64,000 nt of DNA from Minisyncoccota bacterium (GTDB lineage Bacteria > Patescibacteriota > Minisyncoccia > Phycocordibacterales > UBA9973), in contig JAGOUR010000003.1 of assembly GCA_018061145.1 (NCBI GenBank), forward strand, positions 32,170 to 96,169, in the 5' to 3' direction. A program made the position numbers and the translations under genes. The notes beneath the pieces are model-generated. The model ran no database searches, had not been told where the DNA came from, and worked only from the letters and a program-made list of their open reading frames with translations. This document shows, piece by piece, positions 58,381-64,000 of this stretch. Position 1 is the first letter of the stretch. Every line of letters starts with the position of its first letter.

Positions 58381-59841
58381 ATGAACAAAAAACCTTTTTA
58401 CCTGACAACAACATTGCCATACGTAAATGCAAATCTCCATATGGGGCATGCATTGGAATTTGTGCGTGCAGATGCGATAGTGCGATACAAAAAGCTCAAT
58501 GATTTTGATGTGTATTTCAATACTGGCACAGACGAGCATGGTATGAAGATTTATGAAAAGGCGCAATCACAAAACCTGACTGCTCAAGAATTTGTCGATC
58601 AGAGTTTCCAAAATTTTCGTGAGTCTGTAAATATCTTTGGATTGTCCGATGATATACATTTTATCCGTACTACTGACAAGAGGCATGAGAAGATTGCACA
58701 AAGTTTCTGGATGAAGTGCAAAGACAATGGATATATCTATAAGAAAAATTACCAGACAAAGTACTGCGTAGGCTGTGAATCTGAAAAATCAGACAGTGAA
58801 CTTGTAAATGGTGAGTGCCCTGATCATCCTGGTCGCGCACTCGAAGTAATAGAAGAAGAAAATTACTTCTTCAAATATTCTGCTTTTACAGAAAAGCTGA
58901 CAGAATTTTATAATTCAAATCCAAATTTTGTCGTGCCAGATTTCCGCTACAATGAGATCAAAGCCTTCGTGGCAAGAGGTCTACAAGATTTTTCTATTTC
59001 GCGCCTCGCTACCAAGATGCCATGGGGTATACCCGTGCCAGATGACAGTGACCATGTGATGTATGTATGGTTCGATGCACTTACAAACTATATCTCTACC
59101 TTGGCCGACGATGGAGTAGATACACTTGATGCCCTTGTCGCAAGTGATAAATTCCAAAAATACTGGGTGAACGGAACTCCTACTCAATACTGTGGCAAGG
59201 ATAATCTACGTTTTCAATCTGCGATGTGGCAATCAATGCTCATGGCCGCAGGAGTGCCGAATTCAAAGCAGATAGTAATCAACGGATTCATCACAGCAGA
59301 TGGAGGACTGAAGATGTCCAAGACATTGGGTAATGTTGTTGATCCTCAAGATATAGTGGCTGAATATGGTACAGATGCATTACGATACTTCCTACTTCGC
59401 GAAGTGTCTTCATTTGAAGATTCACCATTCACTATCGAGCGTTTTAAAGATTCATACAACAGTGGCCTTGCGAATGGATTGGGGAATCTGACTAGTCGTA
59501 TTATGACTATGGCAGAGAAACACTTAGAATCTCCTGTGGAATTTGTTGAATATCCTGGTGATCAGTCTGAATATTGGGATAAGTATGAACTAAAAAATGT
59601 TATGGATTTAACTTGGAGTTTTATTGGGGACCTCGATGAATATATCCAAAAAGAACAACCTTTTAAGGTTATTAAAGTAGACGAGCAAGCTGGAAAAGAA
59701 CATATAAAAATATTAGTCGAAAAATTGTCTATAATTGCGCAAAGATTGATTCCTGTACTACCAGATACGGCAGAAAAAATAATTACTTTAATCAAAGCAA
59801 ATAAAAAGCCAGAAAATCCGCTGTTTTTGAGGAAGGATTAA
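58381..59841 (+). CDS. metG: Methionine--tRNA ligase
   Basis: PYVNANLHMGH (HIGH-type), zinc-knuckle Cys pairs, KMSKTLGN (KMSKS). Confidence 0.95.
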   Translation: MNKKPFYLTTTLPYVNANLHMGHALEFVRADAIVRYKKLNDFDVYFNTGTDEHGMKIYEKAQSQNLTAQEFVDQSFQNFRESVNIFGLSDDIHFIRTTDKRHEKIAQSFWMKCKDNGYIYKKNYQTKYCVGCESEKSDSELVNGECPDHPGRALEVIEEENYFFKYSAFTEKLTEFYNSNPNFVVPDFRYNEIKAFVARGLQDFSISRLATKMPWGIPVPDDSDHVMYVWFDALTNYISTLADDGVDTLDALVASDKFQKYWVNGTPTQYCGKDNLRFQSAMWQSMLMAAGVPNSKQIVINGFITADGGLKMSKTLGNVVDPQDIVAEYGTDALRYFLLREVSSFEDSPFTIERFKDSYNSGLANGLGNLTSRIMTMAEKHLESPVEFVEYPGDQSEYWDKYELKNVMDLTWSFIGDLDEYIQKEQPFKVIKVDEQAGKEHIKILVEKLSIIAQRLIPVLPDTAEKIITLIKANKKPENPLFLRKD

Positions 59842-59842
59842 G

Positions 59843-60685
59843 ATGACACCAAAATACATAGACATACATTCACATGTGAACTTCAAAGCATTCGATGAAG
59901 ATCGAGATGCTGTTATTCGTCGGGCGCTCGAAAGTTCTACATGGGTAATCAATGTGGGTACTCAGATAGACACAAGTCGCAAGGCAGTAGAGATGGCTCA
60001 TGAATACGAGGAGGGTGTATATGCCATAATCGGACTACATCCTATACACACTGGTGCCTCATATCATGATGAAAAAGAATTAGGCGAGGGTGGAATAGAA
60101 TTCACTTCTCGTGGAGAAATTTTTAATAAAGAAAAATATCTTGAGTTACTTCGAGATCCAAAAGTAGTAGCAGTGGGGGAGTGTGGACTGGACTATTATC
60201 GCTGTACTCCAGAGACTATGCAAAAACAAAAAGAAGCATTCATCGGACAGATCGAGATAGCAAATGAAATCGGCAAGCCATTGATGATCCACATCCGCAA
60301 TAATCCCGAAGACAAGACATATGATGCATACGCTGATTCACTAGAGATATTAAAACAACATGCCAAGGTAAAAGGGGATGTGCACTTTTTTGCTGGGTCA
60401 CCAGAGGTGGCTCGTGCCTTTGTAGAATTTGGTTTTACACTATCATTCACAGGTGTAGTCACATTTACACACGACTATGATGATGTAATCCGTCAGACCC
60501 CGATCGAGATGATCATGACTGAGACAGACTCACCATATGTGAGTCCAAAGCCATACAGAGGCAAGCGCAATGAGCCCGTATATGTACAGGAAATCACTCG
60601 CAGAATAGCCGAAATAAAGGGTCTAGACCCTGAAGTTGTCGCAGAGACTATCATAGCTAATGCTAAAAGAGTCTTCAAAATATAG
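59843..60685 (+). CDS. tatD: TatD-family metal-dependent hydrolase (DNase)
   Basis: IDIHSHV, GECGLDYYR, MIHIRN, FAGS motifs. Confidence 0.85.
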   Translation: MTPKYIDIHSHVNFKAFDEDRDAVIRRALESSTWVINVGTQIDTSRKAVEMAHEYEEGVYAIIGLHPIHTGASYHDEKELGEGGIEFTSRGEIFNKEKYLELLRDPKVVAVGECGLDYYRCTPETMQKQKEAFIGQIEIANEIGKPLMIHIRNNPEDKTYDAYADSLEILKQHAKVKGDVHFFAGSPEVARAFVEFGFTLSFTGVVTFTHDYDDVIRQTPIEMIMTETDSPYVSPKPYRGKRNEPVYVQEITRRIAEIKGLDPEVVAETIIANAKRVFKI

Positions 60686-60818
60686 CCTTGCCAAAACAGG
60701 GGTTTTCTGCTAATATGTGAGGACTGTTTATTTATCCCTGTACTGAAAACGGGGATACAAAGGTCCATAATAGACAGATTTTAAAAGTAGTAATTATAGC
60801 GTATTTTACGCAAAAAAC

Positions 60819-61289
60819 ATGGAAAATGAAACAAAAGCTCGTACAAGTGTGTATGAGATAGGTTACCTTATGGTTCCTTCTATCGCAGAAGAGAATCTAG
60901 GTGCAGAAGTTACAGCATTTAAAGATATTTTAACTGCAAAAGGTGTGACATTTATTTCAGATGAGTATCCTCGTATGATGGAACTAGCATATGAAATGAG
61001 TCGCAGTATTATGAACAAAAAGCAGAAATTCTCATATGGGTATTTCGGTTGGGTAAAATTTGAGACAACTACAGAAGCTGCAGTTGAAATCAAAGATATG
61101 ATGGAAAAGAATGAGACATTCATCCGTTACCTAATGATCAAGACTGTTCGTGAGAATACTATGTCACAAAAGCGTGCTTACAAGACTGATGGTCCACGTC
61201 GCAAACAAGTTACAAAGACTGATGCAGAGCAAGCTCCAATCGACGAAGAAGCTGTAGACAAAGAAATCGACGCTCTCGTGCTAGAATAG
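60819..61289 (+). CDS. rpsF: 30S ribosomal protein S6 with a C-terminal acidic extension
   Basis: YEIGYLMVP...RMMELAYEM...GYFGWVKFE...FIRYLMIKT matches the S6 pattern; rpsF-ssb-rpsR synteny. Confidence 0.7.
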   Translation: MENETKARTSVYEIGYLMVPSIAEENLGAEVTAFKDILTAKGVTFISDEYPRMMELAYEMSRSIMNKKQKFSYGYFGWVKFETTTEAAVEIKDMMEKNETFIRYLMIKTVRENTMSQKRAYKTDGPRRKQVTKTDAEQAPIDEEAVDKEIDALVLE

Positions 61290-61317
61290 AGGTATTAGTA
61301 GATAACTAAACTCACAT

Positions 61318-61767
61318 ATGTACTTAAACAAAGCATTTATTATCGGAAATTTGACTCGTGATCCAGAGATAAAGGCACTGCCTTCTGGAATCAAAGTTTG
61401 TAGTTTCTCTGTAGCTACCAATCGTGTCTGGAAAGATGCAAATGGTGCAAAACAAGAAGCTGCTGATTATCACAATATCGTAGTATTCGGACGCCAAGCA
61501 GAAACAGTGGCTCAATACATGAAAAAAGGTAGTCAGGTTATGATTGAAGGAAGAATGCAGACAAGAAGTTGGGATGATGCAGGTACAGGTACAAAGAAGT
61601 ATCGCACTGAAGTCATCGCAGACCGTGTACAATTTGGTTCTACTGGATCACCGTCTGGTAGTCCAAGACCAAGTACACCAGGAGCACCAGCTCCAAAAGA
61701 TGATTCATCAATGGACAGTATTGAATACCCAGATGATGCAATCAATGTAGAGGATATCCCATTTTAA
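61318..61767 (+). CDS. ssb: Single-stranded DNA-binding protein
   Basis: OB-fold N-terminus ([10 protein letters not shown]...), Gly/Pro-rich linker, C-terminal acidic tip ending DIPF. Confidence 0.9.
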   Translation: MYLNKAFIIGNLTRDPEIKALPSGIKVCSFSVATNRVWKDANGAKQEAADYHNIVVFGRQAETVAQYMKKGSQVMIEGRMQTRSWDDAGTGTKKYRTEVIADRVQFGSTGSPSGSPRPSTPGAPAPKDDSSMDSIEYPDDAINVEDIPF

Positions 61768-61784
61768 AAATTAACAATAAAAAT

Positions 61785-61985
61785 ATGAAACAAGATTACT
61801 TTAGTTCAAACAACATAAAGCATATCGATTATAAAGATATCGAATTGCTAAAACGTTTCTTGTCTCCAGCTGCAAAGATGATGGCTCGCCGACGCACAAG
61901 TGTCACAGCTAAAAATCAACGCAAGCTAGCAGAAGCTGTAAAGCGCGCAAGATTCATGGGATTGCTACCATACGTAGCAAAATAA
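61785..61985 (+). CDS. rpsR: 30S ribosomal protein S18
   Basis: [14 protein letters not shown] ... [26 protein letters not shown]; terminator at 61987-62030. Confidence 0.9.
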   Translation: MKQDYFSSNNIKHIDYKDIELLKRFLSPAAKMMARRRTSVTAKNQRKLAEAVKRARFMGLLPYVAK

Positions 61986-62073
61986 CACCCACAAAAAAGC
62001 ACCACATTCTGTGGTGTTTTTTTTGTGGGTATTGTATAATAATGTGTATATTACAATTATTTGTTGCCATTAC

Positions 62074-64000
62074 ATGAAAAAAATTTATTCAATTTTATTA
62101 ATCTTTTTTATATTTATCAGCCTTATTCCGGTGCCTGCATCGGCTGCTATTATTTGGACTGAACAAGTAAATTCTGGAATGAGAGATTGGGCTGGTATTG
62201 CCTCATCGGCAGATGGAACAAAGCTTGTTGCTGTTGTAGGTGGTGGATACATATATACATCTGCTGACAGTGGTGCCACATGGACCGAGCAAACAAATTC
62301 TGGAAATAAAAGTTGGCGTCGTGTGGCTATTTCATCAGACGGCACAAAAATAGCTGCTACTACAAGTTATGACTATATTTACACCTCTACAAACAGTGGT
62401 GCCACATGGACCGAGCAAACAAATTCTGGTATTAGAGACTGGTATGGTATTGCTTCTTCTTCGGATGGCACAAAACTCGTTGCCGTAGAATGGTCCGGAT
62501 ATATTTACACCTCTACAAACAGTGGTGCCACATGGACCGAGCAAACAAAATCTGGTAGTAGAAACTGGAGTGTCATTGATTCTTCTTCCGACGGAACAAA
62601 GATCTTTGCCGCCGTTCAGGGTGGATACATATATACATCTGCTGACAGTGGTGCCACATGGACCGAGCAAACAAATTCTGGTAGTAGAAACTGGTATGGT
62701 ATTGCTTCTTCTTCAGATGGTACAAAACTCTCTGCTGCTGTTAACGGGGGATACATATATACATCAGCTGACAGTGGTGTCACATGGACCGAGCAAACAG
62801 ATTCTGGTAGTAGAAACTGGTATGGTATTGCTTCTTCTTCGGATGGCACAAAAATTATATCAGGTGTAGATGCTGGGTATGTGTATACTTCTGGTGATTC
62901 TGGCGTAACGTGGGAAGTACATACATTTTCAAGTGGTTATAATACTAGAGTTAATTCGTCTTCTGATGGAACAAAATTAATCGTTGCTACGTATAATCAT
63001 TCTGTCTATACTTCGGTTTCAGTTGTCGCCCCCACAATTACCACTGGCTCTTCATCCAGCATTACCACCACAACCGCAACCCTCTCAGGTAACATCACAA
63101 ACACAGGAGGTGAGAACAACACTGCTCGAGGATTCCACTACGGCCTAACAGCAAGTTACGGATCTACATCCTCTGAATCTGGCTCATACAGTACTGGTGC
63201 ATACACTGCAGATATCACAGGACTATCATGTAACACTCTGTATCACTACCGTGCATTTGCTACAAATACAGCAGGTACGACCAATGGCTCTGATTCTACT
63301 TTCACTACTGCTGCATGTGCCCCTACAATCTCCACTACATCTGCATCCAGTATCACTACTGAGACTGCGACACTAGGTGGTAACATCACAAACACAGGAG
63401 GTGAGAACAACACTGCCCGTGGATTCCACTATGGCCTAACAGACAGTTACGGATCTACATCCTCTGAATCTGGCTCATACAGTACTGGTGTATATACTGC
63501 AGACATAACAGGGCTTGATTGTAATACTACGTATCACTACCGTGCTTTCTCTACTAACACTGCAGGTACTACAAATGGCTCTGACTCTACTTTCACTACA
63601 TCATCATGCCCTAGAAGATATGGAAGTTCTTCTTCATCTTCAAGATACTCTGCCCCTGCTGTATCAGTCGTAGTCGCACCCACTCCTGTCGTAGTACCAG
63701 TCAATGCTCCTACACCAACTACAATTCCAAATACAAAGTGTACTGCATTGACTCAAAAGATCAGATCTGGAGCCAGAGACGGTGCATACAATACATATAC
63801 CAAGAATGTAGTCAGTGATGTAAAGATACTTCAATCTCATATGAACAGACTAGGTTATGGACCAGTCAAAGAGGATGGAATATTTGGACTAAATACAAAA
63901 TCAGTAGTTATTAAAATGCAAAACAAATTTGGTGTCACTGGTGATGGACTAGTAGGACCAAAGACGAGAGAGATGATTAACAGTTCTTGTGCAGAAGTTA
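62074..64000 (+). CDS. Secreted surface protein (3' partial, runs off the window): signal peptide, seven BNR/Asp-box repeats (SxDxGxTW), two near-identical Fn3-like domains, C-terminal peptidoglycan-binding (PG_binding_1-like) domain
   Basis: Repeated Y(I/V)YTS(A/T)(D/N)SGATWTEQ motifs. A duplicated block of about 280 bp lies at 63040-63300 and 63320-63600. LGYGPVKEDGIFG...VGPKTREMI at the end. Not in the ORF track because no stop lies within the window. Confidence 0.7.
   Translation, partial: MKKIYSILLIFFIFISLIPVPASAAIIWTEQVNSGMRDWAGIASSADGTKLVAVVGGGYIYTSADSGATWTEQTNSGNKSWRRVAISSDGTKIAATTSYDYIYTSTNSGATWTEQTNSGIRDWYGIASSSDGTKLVAVEWSGYIYTSTNSGATWTEQTKSGSRNWSVIDSSSDGTKIFAAVQGGYIYTSADSGATWTEQTNSGSRNWYGIASSSDGTKLSAAVNGGYIYTSADSGVTWTEQTDSGSRNWYGIASSSDGTKIISGVDAGYVYTSGDSGVTWEVHTFSSGYNTRVNSSSDGTKLIVATYNHSVYTSVSVVAPTITTGSSSSITTTTATLSGNITNTGGENNTARGFHYGLTASYGSTSSESGSYSTGAYTADITGLSCNTLYHYRAFATNTAGTTNGSDSTFTTAACAPTISTTSASSITTETATLGGNITNTGGENNTARGFHYGLTDSYGSTSSESGSYSTGVYTADITGLDCNTTYHYRAFSTNTAGTTNGSDSTFTTSSCPRRYGSSSSSSRYSAPAVSVVVAPTPVVVPVNAPTPTTIPNTKCTALTQKIRSGARDGAYNTYTKNVVSDVKILQSHMNRLGYGPVKEDGIFGLNTKSVVIKMQNKFGVTGDGLVGPKTREMINSSCAEV

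Noticed and set aside
60819-61289. Possibility that the S6 C-terminal 50 aa are a separate fused domain
   Set aside because: Acidic and basic C-terminal tails on S6 are common; no motif was seen.
62085-62869. Several 77-115-aa ORFs on both strands and a repetitive pattern that could superficially suggest a CRISPR-like array
   Set aside because: The repeats are imperfect, about 120 bp, in-frame, and encode BNR/Asp-box blades of one long plus-strand protein that is missing from the ORF track only because it lacks a stop inside the window. There is no spacer-repeat regularity.

Overview
This is a low-GC window, gene-dense and mostly on the + strand. It looks like a small-genome bacterium, possibly Patescibacteria/CPR-like, but that is a guess from gene content only. 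I recognised a complete type IV pilus / competence locus (comFC, pilMNO, pilB, a lone REC-domain protein, pilT, pilC, major pilin, pilD, minor pilins). Housekeeping genes follow: ligA, gatC, gatA, a cluster of five tRNAs, prfB, ftsEX, pyrG, argS, ileS behind a T-box leader, glyQS, metG, and rpsF-ssb-rpsR. There is a small ArsR / glutaredoxin / rhodanese operon with a perfect palindromic operator. A dense deoxynucleotide-metabolism island spans about 37.9 to 45.1 kb (MazG-like, folA, thyA-like, dCMP deaminase, glyA, DNPH1/Rcl-like N-glycosidase, three Nudix genes, tmk, dut). The most interesting observations are these. (1) The ThyA homologue carries Asp at the Asn177 substrate-specificity position and Asn at the Asp218 position; this is an alignment done by eye, inside a cluster enriched for nucleotide-pool sanitising enzymes, and may indicate a non-canonical or modified pyrimidine pathway. 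(2) IleS carries an inserted histidine-phosphatase (PGAM-like) domain of about 220 aa. (3) ligA carries an in-frame, GC-rich, nested-palindromic insertion in its zinc-finger region. (4) Four tRNA genes have short copies of their own 5' or 3' ends or tRNA-fragment repeats beside them. (5) Two related long inverted-repeat elements sit in gene junctions, each embedding the downstream start codon. No CRISPR array, rRNA or obvious transposase was seen. All calls are from reading the sequence by eye and from the ORF track; no searches were run.
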